Shown here in pieces: positions 17,246-26,899 of a stretch of 38,819 nt of DNA. Position 1 is the stretch's first letter, and each line of letters opens with the position of its first letter. The stretch covers positions 1-38,819 of the forward strand of contig JBJEQH010000154.1 of NCBI GenBank assembly GCA_051881655.1, in the 5' to 3' direction. Source of the stretch: Candidatus Heritagella sp. (GTDB lineage Bacteria; Bacillota; Clostridia; Oscillospirales; Acutalibacteraceae). The position numbers and the translations under genes were made by a program. The notes under the pieces were generated by a model, which was given only the letters and a program-made list of their open reading frames with translations, was not told where the DNA came from and did not search any database.

Positions 17246-20200
17246 TTAGCCTTTTTTCTCCGATTCGGGGCTTTCCCCGCACAGAAGGGCCAGCGCCTGC
17301 TCCAGTACCGTCAGGGGCTCCTGCCCCAAAAGCCGCACACTGAAGTACGGTCTCCCGCCGGCCGAGAACAGCACCTGCCCCTTTTTCATGCCCGCTACGA
17401 GAAGGGACAGGCTCTGCATATCCACTGTTTCCGGGTACAGCAGCAGGGTGTTCTGCTGCTGTTTGATCTCGGTCATCCCGGCGCGGGTGGCCATGCTGCG
17501 CAGCAGCGCCACATCCACCAGCCCCTGCACGCTGCGGGGCGGCTCGCCAAATCGGTCGATCAGTTCGTCGATCACATCGGCGGCATCCTCATAATTGCGG
17601 ATATCGGCAATGCGGCGGTAAATCTCCAGCCGCTGGGACAGGTTTTCGATGTAGCTCTCGGGAATATGGGCCTGTACCTGCAGATCGATCAGGCAGCCGC
17701 CCTCCACCGGGGCCGGTTTTTCGCCTTTTTCCAAGCTGATGGCCTCGTTGAGCAGCTTTACATACATGTCGTAGCCCACCGATTCCATGTGCCCGTGCTG
17801 CTCGCCCCCCAGAATGTTGCCGGCGCCCCGGATTTCCAGGTCGCGCATGGCGATTTTAAAGCCAGAGCCGAATTCGGTAAATTCCCGGATGGCGGACAGG
17901 CGCTTTTCCGCAATCTCGGAGAGAACCTTGTTGCGGGTAAAAGTGAAATACGCATAGGCCCGGCGGGACGAGCGGCCTACCCGGCCGCGGATCTGATGCA
18001 GCTGGGACAGGCCCAGCCGGTCGGCGTTGTCGATAATCAGGGTATTGGCATTGGGCACATCCACGCCGGTTTCGATAATGGTGGTGCACACCAGAATGTC
18101 AATTTCGTGGTCGATCATCCGGCGCCACACCTCGGACAGTTCATTCTCACTCATTTTTCCGTGGCCGATCCCGATGCGCGCTTCCGGAATCATGGCGGCC
18201 AGACCGGCGGCCAGCCGCTCGATCGAGCCCACATCGTTGTGCAGGTAGAAGACCTGGCCGCCCCGGCGCAGTTCACGGCGGATGGCCTCGTTGAGAATCT
18301 GGGGGTCGTGCTCCAGTACATAGGTCTGTACCGGGTGGCGGTCGTGGGGCGCTTCTTCAATCACCGACATATCCCGTATGCCGGACAGCGCCATATTCAG
18401 GGTGCGGGGAATGGGGGTAGCCGACAGGGTCAGCACATCCACATTCTGGCACACCTGCTTCAGCTTTTCCTTCTGTGCCACGCCGAACCGTTGTTCCTCG
18501 TCAATCACCACCAGCCCCAGGTCGCGGAACTGCACGTCTTTCGAGACCAGGCGGTGGGTGCCCACGATGATGTCCACCTCGCCGCGCCGCAGTTTCCGCA
18601 GGATCTCCTCCTGCTGGGCCGGAGTGCGGAAGCGCGACAGCAGCTCCACCCGCACGGGGAAGCCCTCCATGCGCTGGCAGATGGTCTGGTAGTGCTGCCA
18701 GGCGAGAATGGTGGTGGGCACCAGAAAGGCGCACTGTTTGCTGTCACTGACGCATTTAAAGGCAGCGCGCAGCGCCACCTCGGTTTTGCCGAAGCCCACG
18801 TCGCCGCACAGCAGCCGGTCCATGGGGGCCTGTCGTTCCATGTCGTCCTTGATCTCATTGATGCAGCGAAGCTGATCCTCGGTCTCCTCATAAGGGAAAT
18901 GGGATTCAAAATCGTGCTGCCATTCGCTGTCCGGGGAAAAGGCGTGGCCCTTGGCATTCATGCGCTGGGCATACAGCTTTGTCAGCTCCTTGGCCATGTC
19001 CTGCACCGCTTTGCGCACCCGGGTTTTGGCCTTCTGCCATTCCGTGCCGCCCAGCCGGTTCAGGCGCACCGAGGAATCCTCCCGGGGACCGATGTACTTG
19101 GAGACCAGATCCAGCTGGGTGACCGGGACGTACAGTACGTCATTTTTGGCGTAGCGGATTTTGATGTAGTCCTTCACCACCCCCTGCAGGTCCAGCTTGC
19201 GGATACCGTCGAACACACCGATGCCGTGGGTAGCATGGACCACATAATCCCCGGGGGTCAGTTCGCTGAGGGAGTAGACCTCCTGGGCATTTTTGTTCCG
19301 CTTTTTCCGGGGGGCGGAGCGCACGGCACCCATGGACTGGTGCCCCTGGGTGATCAGGAAAAAGCCCGCCTGCGGGTATTCAAATCCCGCCGACAGCGTG
19401 CCCGGGGTGACGGCCACTGTCCCTTTGGGGATCACGGCGGGCGCGGAGAGAAAGGCGGCCGGAAGCCCGGCGGCTTTTAAATCGGCTGCGACAATGCGGG
19501 CGTTTTTTTCGCTGCCGGCCAGCACCACACAGCTCTCACGGCTGTGCAGGGCGGCCTGCAGATCTTCCTCCAGCAGCTGGGTGCTGCCGCCCCAGCAGGA
19601 GAGCTGGCGGACCGAGGCGCTCACGGCCAGGCGCACCGGAGTGTCATAGCTGCCGTGCAGGAAGGTGTCGAGATACAGAGTGCGGTTTTCCTGCAGATGG
19701 CCCAGCAGGTCCTCCCAGTCCTGGGAGTAGCGGTCCAGGCCGCGGCACAGAACTCCCTCTTCCAGGTAGGCGCGCAGCTCTTCGCCCCACTGCCACTGGG
19801 AAGCCCGCACCCGCTCCTTGGAACGGGTGTACTCCGATACCACCAGCAAATCCCCCTCCCGCATATAATCGAAAAGGGTGGCCGGTTTTTCGTATACAAA
19901 AGGAAGAAATTTGTCCTTCGAGCCCAGCGGCAGCCCCTCGTCCAGGCGGTCGGCCTCCTGCTGCAGGATGGCCCGGGCGGCCGGGGCGTTTTTGCCGCGC
20001 AGCGAGCGGGCATGGGCGCGGATCCGGTCGGACAATGCCTTTTTATTGTCGATTAACACCTCGTTGGAGGGGGTGATGCGGATGCTGGGCAGCATTTCGG
20101 TGCGGCGCTGGGTTTCGGGATCGAACAGCGAGAGGGTGTCGATCTCGTCATCCCAGAATTCCACGCGCACCGGCGAGGAAATCCCCGGAGTGCAGAAATC

Positions 20201-20746
20201 CACAATGCCGCCGCGCACGGAAAAGAGGCCGGGCCCGTCGGTCAGCTCGCTGCGCTCACAGCCGCAGCGCAGCAGCACGCGGCACAGCTCCTCGGGGTTC
20301 AGCCGCTGTCCCGGGGTCAGGGTGATGGTGCGGCGGCGCAGCTCTTCGGGGGGAAGGGTGTACTGCAGCGCGGCATCCGCACAGGTGACCACGCACCGGC
20401 AGCCTTCCTCCCCCTCTTCCAAAAGGGAGCACAGCACCTGCAGGCGCTGGTGCTCGTACTCGTGGCTACTGCCGTCGGTATGGCGCAGGGAAAAATCGCG
20501 CAGGGGGTAAAACAGCGTTCGGCAGCCCATGGCATTCAGGTCCCCGGCCAGCCGGGCCGCCTCACTCTCCTCCCCGGCGATCAGCAGTGCCCGGGTGGAG
20601 AGCCGGGAACAGAGAGTGGCCACCAGATGGGCCTTGTGAATGGAGGAAAGGCCTGACACGGCCCCGGGCAGCGTGTGGGCGCGCACGGCGTCCTCCAACT
20701 GCTTATAAAAACTCTGCGAGAGAAGGGCTTCTTCAAAAAAGCGCAT
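17246..20746 (-). CDS. mfd: Transcription-repair coupling factor
   Basis: 1166 aa. Contains GDVGFGKTEVA (Walker A), VIDEEQRFGV and TLSATPIPRTL superfamily-2 motifs, and sits in pth-mfd synteny. Confidence 0.95.
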   Translation of the reverse strand: MRFFEEALLSQSFYKQLEDAVRAHTLPGAVSGLSSIHKAHLVATLCSRLSTRALLIAGEESEAARLAGDLNAMGCRTLFYPLRDFSLRHTDGSSHEYEHQRLQVLCSLLEEGEEGCRCVVTCADAALQYTLPPEELRRRTITLTPGQRLNPEELCRVLLRCGCERSELTDGPGLFSVRGGIVDFCTPGISSPVRVEFWDDEIDTLSLFDPETQRRTEMLPSIRITPSNEVLIDNKKALSDRIRAHARSLRGKNAPAARAILQQEADRLDEGLPLGSKDKFLPFVYEKPATLFDYMREGDLLVVSEYTRSKERVRASQWQWGEELRAYLEEGVLCRGLDRYSQDWEDLLGHLQENRTLYLDTFLHGSYDTPVRLAVSASVRQLSCWGGSTQLLEEDLQAALHSRESCVVLAGSEKNARIVAADLKAAGLPAAFLSAPAVIPKGTVAVTPGTLSAGFEYPQAGFFLITQGHQSMGAVRSAPRKKRNKNAQEVYSLSELTPGDYVVHATHGIGVFDGIRKLDLQGVVKDYIKIRYAKNDVLYVPVTQLDLVSKYIGPREDSSVRLNRLGGTEWQKAKTRVRKAVQDMAKELTKLYAQRMNAKGHAFSPDSEWQHDFESHFPYEETEDQLRCINEIKDDMERQAPMDRLLCGDVGFGKTEVALRAAFKCVSDSKQCAFLVPTTILAWQHYQTICQRMEGFPVRVELLSRFRTPAQQEEILRKLRRGEVDIIVGTHRLVSKDVQFRDLGLVVIDEEQRFGVAQKEKLKQVCQNVDVLTLSATPIPRTLNMALSGIRDMSVIEEAPHDRHPVQTYVLEHDPQILNEAIRRELRRGGQVFYLHNDVGSIERLAAGLAAMIPEARIGIGHGKMSENELSEVWRRMIDHEIDILVCTTIIETGVDVPNANTLIIDNADRLGLSQLHQIRGRVGRSSRRAYAYFTFTRNKVLSEIAEKRLSAIREFTEFGSGFKIAMRDLEIRGAGNILGGEQHGHMESVGYDMYVKLLNEAISLEKGEKPAPVEGGCLIDLQVQAHIPESYIENLSQRLEIYRRIADIRNYEDAADVIDELIDRFGEPPRSVQGLVDVALLRSMATRAGMTEIKQQQNTLLLYPETVDMQSLSLLVAGMKKGQVLFSAGGRPYFSVRLLGQEPLTVLEQALALLCGESPESEKKG

Positions 20747-20787
20747 GGTACATCTCCTTGAAAAAGAATGAAAAGGGGAAGGAGGGA

Positions 20788-21405
20788 TCAGGAATTAAAG
20801 CGGTTCATCGCTTCGTCCAGACGGCCGTCCAGGATTAGCGAGCAGACCTGCGGGATTTTCTCATACACCTGCTGCATCACCGCCGATTCCTCCTTGCTGT
20901 AATGGGACAGTACCCAGTCGGCCAGGTCCCAGCCCGCATCGGGCTTCTGCCCTACGCCGATCTTCACCCGGGGGAACGTGTCCTTTCCGGTCAGATACAG
21001 GATGTTTTTCACCCCGTTATGGCCGCCGTCACTGCCTTTGCGGCGGATCCGCATCCGGCCGCAGGGCAGCGAGATATCATCGAACAGAAGCAGAACCCGC
21101 TCGGCGGGGATTTTATAAAACTGCATGGCCTCCTGCACGGACTGACCCGACAGGTTCATGAAGGTAGAGGGCTTGAGCAGCAGAACCCGGTGACCCATCA
21201 GGCTGCCCACCGCCGTCAGCCCCTTGAATTTCAGCCGGTCGATGGTCATATGCATGGAATCGGCCAGCGCGTCCACGGCGGCAAAGCCGGTGTTGTGCCG
21301 GGTGTTCTCGTACTGGCGTCCGGGGTTTCCCAGACCGGCGATGATCCATTCCACCGGCCCACTGGCCTGACTGTGGATCGGATCGTTTTTTCGGGAAAAG
21401 AACAT
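20788..21405 (-). CDS. pth: Peptidyl-tRNA hydrolase
   Basis: IIAGLGNPGRQYENTRHNTGF signature. GGAGG lies 7 nt before the ATG. Confidence 0.93.
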   Translation of the reverse strand: MFFSRKNDPIHSQASGPVEWIIAGLGNPGRQYENTRHNTGFAAVDALADSMHMTIDRLKFKGLTAVGSLMGHRVLLLKPSTFMNLSGQSVQEAMQFYKIPAERVLLLFDDISLPCGRMRIRRKGSDGGHNGVKNILYLTGKDTFPRVKIGVGQKPDAGWDLADWVLSHYSKEESAVMQQVYEKIPQVCSLILDGRLDEAMNRFNS

Positions 21406-21728
21406 AAGGGTACCTCCGTATATACATAAAGAATAGCGAAAGGAAAGGGCGAAAACCGTCAGAAATAGGGGCAGCAGAGTACGGCGGGACAGAAGCCCTG
21501 CCCCGCCTGTTTTGCCGTATCCGTGTGCTCAGTATACCAATCCGGAGAGAAAATTGCAAGAACACAAAAAGCAAAAAAGGGGGACCGGACCGTGCGGAAA
21601 AAGAGGAAAGGGAGGAGGCGGTGCCGCAGGAGGGGGGACCCCGGCGAAAAACGAGTAAAAATCACGAACTTCTTTTGTAAATCCGGGGGAAATTTTCGAA
21701 AAAAGCTATGGCAATTGCGCAGGTGATT

Positions 21729-21737
21729 TGCTATAAT
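21729..21737 (+). promoter_or_regulatory. Candidate extended -10 promoter of ppdK
   Basis: TGcTATAAT with no convincing -35. It would give a leader of about 115 nt. Confidence 0.35.
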
Positions 21738-21857
21738 ACACATGGTAGCTGTCGGCTGCGTAATTTCACGCGCCGTTTTTCGGGGAAACCCGTTTTTTCA
21801 GCTGGTTAAATTGGGAATCGGATTCCCGATTTTAAAATTTTTAGGAGGTAGATACCC

Positions 21858-24494
21858 ATGAGCCACAAGTATGTGTACAAGTTCTCTGAAGGCAACAAGG
21901 ACATGAGAGAGCTCCTCGGCGGTAAGGGTGCGAACCTGGCCGAAATGACCAAGGCCGGCATGCCCGTGCCCCAGGGCTTTACCGTTTCCACGGAAGCCTG
22001 CACCCAGTATTATGCAGATGGCCGTAAGATCAATGAGGATATCCAGGCAGAGATTTTCGCCAACCTGGCTGACCTGGAAGAGCTGGTCGGCAAGAAGTTC
22101 GGCGATGTCAACAACCCCCTGCTGGTTTCGGTTCGTTCCGGTGCCCGTGCTTCCATGCCCGGCATGATGGATACCATCCTGAACCTCGGTCTGAATGATC
22201 AGGCTGTCGAGGGTCTGGCCAAGCTGACCAACAACCCCCGTTTTGCTTATGACTCCTATCGCCGTTTCGTTCAGATGTTCTCGGACGTCGTTATGGAACT
22301 GCCCAAGAGCGAGTTTGAGAAGATCATCGACGAGATGAAGGAAGAAAAGGGCGTAACGCAGGACGTAGAGCTGGATGCCGACGATATGAAGGCTCTGGTA
22401 GAGAAGTTCAAGTCCCTGTATAAGGCCCATCAGGGGAAGGAATTCCCCCAGGATCCCAAGGAGCAGCTGATCGAAGCGGTTCGCGCCGTATTCCGTTCCT
22501 GGGACAACCCCCGTGCGAACGTGTACCGCCGTATGAACGAGATCCCCTACGACTGGGGCACCGCCGTCAACGTACAGTGCATGGCGTTCGGTAACTCCGG
22601 CAACAACTCCGGTACCGGCGTGGCCTTTACCCGCAACCCCGCTACCGGCGAAAAGGGTCTGTTCGGCGAGTATCTGATCAATGCCCAGGGCGAAGACGTC
22701 GTGGCCGGTATCCGTACTCCCTCCCCGATTGCCAAGCTGCAGGAAGAAATGCCCGAAGTGTATGACCAGTTCGTGGAGATCTCCACCCGTCTGGAAAAGC
22801 ACTACAAGGATATGCAGGACATGGAATTCACCATTGAAAACGGCAAGCTGTTCATGCTGCAGACCCGTAACGGCAAGCGTACCGCACAGGCTGCCCTGAA
22901 GATCGCCGTTGACCTGGTGGATGAGGGCATGATCGACGAGAACGAAGCGGTTCTGCGCGTCGAGCCCAAGCAGCTGGATTCCCTGCTGCACCCGCAGTTT
23001 GACGCTGCCGAGCTGAAGAAGGCCCAGGCGATCGGCAAGGGCCTGGCTGCTTCTCCCGGCGCTGCCTGCGGTCAGGTTGTCTTCTCCGCGGAAGACGCAG
23101 AAGAAAAGGTTAAGAGCGGCGAGATGCCCAAGGTCATCCTCGTCCGTCTGGAGACTTCCCCCGAAGATATCGTCGGCATGCAGGTTTCCCAGGGCATCCT
23201 GACGGTTCGCGGCGGCATGACCTCTCACGCGGCGGTTGTCGCCCGTGGTATGGGCACCTGCTGCGTATCCGGCTGCGGCGAGATCGCTGTTGACTATGAC
23301 AAGAAAGAATTCACCCTGGCTGGCCAGACCTTCAAAGAGGGCGACTGGATCTCCATTGATGGCTCCACCGGCAACATCTACGGCGGCATCATCCCCACCG
23401 TGGAAGCTTCCATCTCCGGCGACTTCGGCCGCTACATGAGCTGGGCCGACAATGTCCGCAAGCTGAAGGTTCTGACCAACGCCGATAACCCCCGCGATGC
23501 CCAGCAGGCTATGGATCTGGGTGCTGAGGGCATCGGTCTGTGCCGTACCGAGCATATGTTCTTTGAGGAGACCCGTATCAAGGCTGTCCGCGAGATGATC
23601 GTGGCCCGTACGGTGGAAGCCCGCAAAGAGGCTCTGGCGAAGATCGAACCCTATCAGCAGGGCGACTTTGAGGCCATGTACCGCATCTGCGGCGACAAGC
23701 CCATGACCATCCGTTATCTGGATCCGCCGCTGCACGAGTTCCTGCCCACCAAGGAAGAGGACATTGTTGAAATCGCCGGCGAGCTGAACATCAGCGTGGA
23801 CGAGCTGAAGAATGTCATCGCTTCCCTGCATGAATTCAACCCCATGATGGGTCACCGCGGATGCCGTCTGGCTGTTTCCTATCCGGAAATCGCCGAGATG
23901 CAGACCAATGCCGTGATCAAGGCTGCCATTAACGTCTCCAAGGAGACCGGCGTCATGATCGTTCCCCATATCATGATCCCGCTGGTTGGCGAAGTGAAGG
24001 AACTGGCCTTCGTTAAGAAGATCGTTGTGGAAACCGCCGACAAGCTGATCAAAGAAGCTGGTATCGACATGAAGTACGAGGTCGGCACCATGATCGAAAT
24101 CCCGCGTGCGGCTGTTACCGCCGGCGAGATTGCCAAGGAAGCGGACTTCTTCAGCTTCGGCACCAACGATCTGACCCAGATGACCTTCGGCTTCAGCCGT
24201 GACGACGCTGGCAAGTTCCTGAGCTACTACTACGACAACAAGATCTATGAGAGCGATCCGTTTGCTCACCTGGATCAGAATGGCGTAGGCGTGCTGATTA
24301 AGATGGCTGCCGAGAACGGCCGCAAGACCCGCCCGAACCTGGGCCTGGGCATCTGCGGTGAGCACGGCGGCGACCCGACCTCCGTCGAGTTCTGCCACAA
24401 CGTGGGTCTGGACTATGTGTCCTGCTCTCCGTTCCGTGTTCCGATCGCCCGTCTGGCTGCCGCTCAGGCTGCCGTAAAGGAACTGAAGAAGTAA
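21858..24494 (+). CDS. ppdK: Pyruvate, phosphate dikinase
   Basis: N-terminal LLGGKGANLAEM, phosphohistidine motif GGMTSHAAVVARGMG, C-terminal PEP-utilising TIM domain. 878 aa with a strong RBS (TAGGAGG). Confidence 0.95.
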   Translation: MSHKYVYKFSEGNKDMRELLGGKGANLAEMTKAGMPVPQGFTVSTEACTQYYADGRKINEDIQAEIFANLADLEELVGKKFGDVNNPLLVSVRSGARASMPGMMDTILNLGLNDQAVEGLAKLTNNPRFAYDSYRRFVQMFSDVVMELPKSEFEKIIDEMKEEKGVTQDVELDADDMKALVEKFKSLYKAHQGKEFPQDPKEQLIEAVRAVFRSWDNPRANVYRRMNEIPYDWGTAVNVQCMAFGNSGNNSGTGVAFTRNPATGEKGLFGEYLINAQGEDVVAGIRTPSPIAKLQEEMPEVYDQFVEISTRLEKHYKDMQDMEFTIENGKLFMLQTRNGKRTAQAALKIAVDLVDEGMIDENEAVLRVEPKQLDSLLHPQFDAAELKKAQAIGKGLAASPGAACGQVVFSAEDAEEKVKSGEMPKVILVRLETSPEDIVGMQVSQGILTVRGGMTSHAAVVARGMGTCCVSGCGEIAVDYDKKEFTLAGQTFKEGDWISIDGSTGNIYGGIIPTVEASISGDFGRYMSWADNVRKLKVLTNADNPRDAQQAMDLGAEGIGLCRTEHMFFEETRIKAVREMIVARTVEARKEALAKIEPYQQGDFEAMYRICGDKPMTIRYLDPPLHEFLPTKEEDIVEIAGELNISVDELKNVIASLHEFNPMMGHRGCRLAVSYPEIAEMQTNAVIKAAINVSKETGVMIVPHIMIPLVGEVKELAFVKKIVVETADKLIKEAGIDMKYEVGTMIEIPRAAVTAGEIAKEADFFSFGTNDLTQMTFGFSRDDAGKFLSYYYDNKIYESDPFAHLDQNGVGVLIKMAAENGRKTRPNLGLGICGEHGGDPTSVEFCHNVGLDYVSCSPFRVPIARLAAAQAAVKELKK

Positions 24495-24546
24495 TTCGAA
24501 AGAAAAACCCTTCTTTTCCCTGCGGATATCGAATCGCTGAATAAGA

Positions 24547-24586
24547 CCGCCCCTGTTTTCCCGATGGAAAGCAGGGGCGGTTTTTT
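24547..24586 (+). terminator. Rho-independent terminator of ppdK
   Basis: ccgcccctg... / ...caggggcgg long stem (24547-24580), followed by TTTTTT. Confidence 0.85.
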
Positions 24587-24592
24587 GTATGC

Positions 24593-24635
24593 AAAAGGCC
24601 CATGTCCCGGGCAGCTTGTTCCGGGCATGGGCCTT
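24593..24635 (-). terminator. Terminator of the seven-gene glycosylation operon
   Basis: aaggcccatg(t)cccgg / ccgggcatgggcctt stem of about 15 bp with one bulge. On the minus strand it is followed by TTTT. Confidence 0.65.
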
Positions 24636-24664
24636 CTATATAAATGATCAGGGAGAAACCCTTC

Positions 24665-25324
24665 TCATTTTTCCGGAAGTGCGGCGATTTGGGGGAAAAT
24701 TTCAGCGGGTGAAGCCACACAGCCCACATGAGGATATGCATCGGCCTGCGACCGGCTGTGGAAGCCCAGGCCGTAGGTCACGGCCAGAAAGTCCATCCCG
24801 GCCAGGGCGGCTCCCTGCGCATCGAAAAGACTGTCCCCCACTAAAAGGCTGTCCTCCTTTTCGACCGACAGGATGCGGCATGCCTCTTCAAGGAGAGAGG
24901 CCTTCCGGCACTCCGGGGTTCCGTCGTATGCACAAAGGCCGTCAAAATACCGGAGAATATGCAGGTTTTCCAGCATCTTTCCGGCGAATCTCTCGTGCTT
25001 CAGGGTGGCCAGCGCGATCAGACAGCCGCAGGCCTTTAAATCCCGCAGGCACGCTTCGATCCCATCGTACAGCCTGGCCATAAAGATTCCCTTTTGGGCA
25101 TACAGCTCCCGGTAGAGCTGTGCGGCTTTTTCCGAATCCGCCGGGCTCATCCCGTATACCTTTTGAAAGCCCGCGTCCACCTGGCCGCCGATCACCCCCT
25201 CGTACCGCTCCTGTTCGGCGGGAAGAAGGCCCATGCGGCGGGCCGCTTCTCCGTAACACCAGAGAATGCCCCCGGAGGTATCGGCGAGGGTCCCATCCAG
25301 ATCAAAGATGACCAGCTTTTTCAT
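24665..25324 (-). CDS. HAD-IA family phosphatase (phosphoglycolate-phosphatase-like)
   Basis: Motif I VIFDLDGTLADT and motif IV VGDSLFDAQGA. ATGA start/stop overlap with the upstream gene. Confidence 0.85.
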   Translation of the reverse strand: MKKLVIFDLDGTLADTSGGILWCYGEAARRMGLLPAEQERYEGVIGGQVDAGFQKVYGMSPADSEKAAQLYRELYAQKGIFMARLYDGIEACLRDLKACGCLIALATLKHERFAGKMLENLHILRYFDGLCAYDGTPECRKASLLEEACRILSVEKEDSLLVGDSLFDAQGAALAGMDFLAVTYGLGFHSRSQADAYPHVGCVASPAEIFPQIAALPEK

Positions 25325-26880
25325 GAGACGGCCCGCTCCTTATTCCCGTTTTCCCGGAGGCAGTCGAGCAGGCGCTTTTCCGTGGCCTCCAGGATGCCCT
25401 CCAGCACCCGGATTTTCTCTCGCTCCGATGAGTCAATTCCGTGCAGATCCACGGTGATCCCGGTGTATTTCAGTTCTTTTTTCTCATTCATGGCGTTCAC
25501 CCTCTCCAGTACGGAATCCTCTTGACAGTATACATAAACAGTGTGGCGGCTGCCGTCTGTCCCATCGGCAAATACCGGCCGGACGTGACGGAAAATCGAT
25601 GGGTCCTTCCCGTCGTAGTAGAGATGCTGGCTGTCCTCCTGGAGGAACAGCACCACTTTGGGACGGCTGACGGAGCCGTGTTCCGCCCGGAAGGATTGGA
25701 AAAACTCGCGGCTTCCCTCCTGCCGGTCCGACAGCACAAGGATGTCCGCGGGGGAAGAGAGCGGTGTGAAAGTGTATGAGGCGCCGCACAGCTCGGCGAG
25801 CAGAAGCTCATTTGCATTGGTTGCGATGGAATCTCCCGCATTGGCCAGCAGGGCCAGCACCCGCGAGGCGGCATAATAGGAGAGCAGATACGGGTAATCC
25901 GTGAGGATCCGCTTATCAAAGCTGACGGCGGTTTTCACACACGGTCCCAAGGAGCGTACGGCCGTGGAATAGGCGGCAACGGCCTTGTCAAACACCGCGT
26001 CGGTGCAGTAGGGCAGCAGCTCGGACGGCATGGAGAACGGCAGCACATCGGCATCGGGGAACAGCGTATGATAGCAGCCCGCGATGTCATCGGGGTGCGG
26101 CTTAATCACCGGGTGCATGCCCGGCAGCAGCAGATCGGCGAACAGAGTGTAAAGGCGGTGCTGCTGCGGCAGCGTCATCAGGCCGAGGTTTGCCATGTGC
26201 TGGGTGAGAATCAGCCCGGACGAGGTACCAAGGGAGAGCTTTTGGCAGCCGAACAGGGCGAGAACCCGGCCCCGCTTGTCCTGCGGCAGCTGCTGCAGGA
26301 TTCTGTCCACGGAAAAGTCGGCCATTTTCGGGTTTTGGTACCCCGGGGCCTGTTTCTGGGTGTCTGCCAGCACCTTGGTACACAGGTCATTATCCCCAAA
26401 CAACCGCAGCTTATCAAACAGCTTGCGCTGGGTCCGGTTGCGGCTCATATTGGTCAGGGCGAATCCCCGGTCCGAGAGAACCCCACAGCCCTCTTCAAAA
26501 CAGACATAGGGCTTTTTGGAGGTGACAACATACCACCCCAGGGGGAAGTGATCCGGGCACAAAAACAGTTCGTCCTTTCCGGTCAGGGGAACGGGCAGAC
26601 GCTTTTTGATCATCCGGCAGCACAGTTTTCCGACCAGAGAGGAGGGAATTTTCCGCCGGTCCAGACTTCGGGCGAAGTCGGTCACCTCGGCCTCCGGCAG
26701 AAGAAAAACCTCATCGAAAATGCCGGCCTGGCGGTATCGTTCCAGATAGGCGGCCGAATTTCGGTGGATATCAGAGAGCAGCAGCACACATTTTTGGCCG
26801 GTGTCCTCGGTCAGGCGGTGCAGCGCACAGCACAGAATGTGATAGGTGGTCACCGCATAATAAATTCGCATAGAGAGCAT
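25321..26880 (-). CDS. GT-B sialyltransferase-like glycosyltransferase, paralogue A (polysialyltransferase/GT52-like motifs)
   Basis: E-E-G motif (CFEEGCG, 26488-26496) and HP motif (VIKPHPDD, HP at 26092-26097) in the order and spacing of the bacterial sialyltransferase D/E-D/E-G and HP motifs. AAAGGAGGA RBS. It is a paralogue of 31293-32846. Confidence 0.7.
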   Translation of the reverse strand: MLSMRIYYAVTTYHILCCALHRLTEDTGQKCVLLLSDIHRNSAAYLERYRQAGIFDEVFLLPEAEVTDFARSLDRRKIPSSLVGKLCCRMIKKRLPVPLTGKDELFLCPDHFPLGWYVVTSKKPYVCFEEGCGVLSDRGFALTNMSRNRTQRKLFDKLRLFGDNDLCTKVLADTQKQAPGYQNPKMADFSVDRILQQLPQDKRGRVLALFGCQKLSLGTSSGLILTQHMANLGLMTLPQQHRLYTLFADLLLPGMHPVIKPHPDDIAGCYHTLFPDADVLPFSMPSELLPYCTDAVFDKAVAAYSTAVRSLGPCVKTAVSFDKRILTDYPYLLSYYAASRVLALLANAGDSIATNANELLLAELCGASYTFTPLSSPADILVLSDRQEGSREFFQSFRAEHGSVSRPKVVLFLQEDSQHLYYDGKDPSIFRHVRPVFADGTDGSRHTVYVYCQEDSVLERVNAMNEKKELKYTGITVDLHGIDSSEREKIRVLEGILEATEKRLLDCLRENGNKERAVS

Positions 26881-26899
26881 CCTCCTTTCTGACAGTTTT

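Noticed and set aside
17033-19480. 815-aa ORF on the plus strand
   Set aside because: It is antisense to mfd and has low-complexity, shadow-frame composition.
21523-21726. 67-aa highly basic ORF in the pth/ppdK intergenic region
   Set aside because: The composition (runs of R/K) simply reflects the purine-rich tract. It has a GTG start with no convincing RBS.
21798-24398. 866-aa ORF on the minus strand
   Set aside because: It is antisense to ppdK, whose identity is unambiguous. There is no RBS and no recognisable domain.
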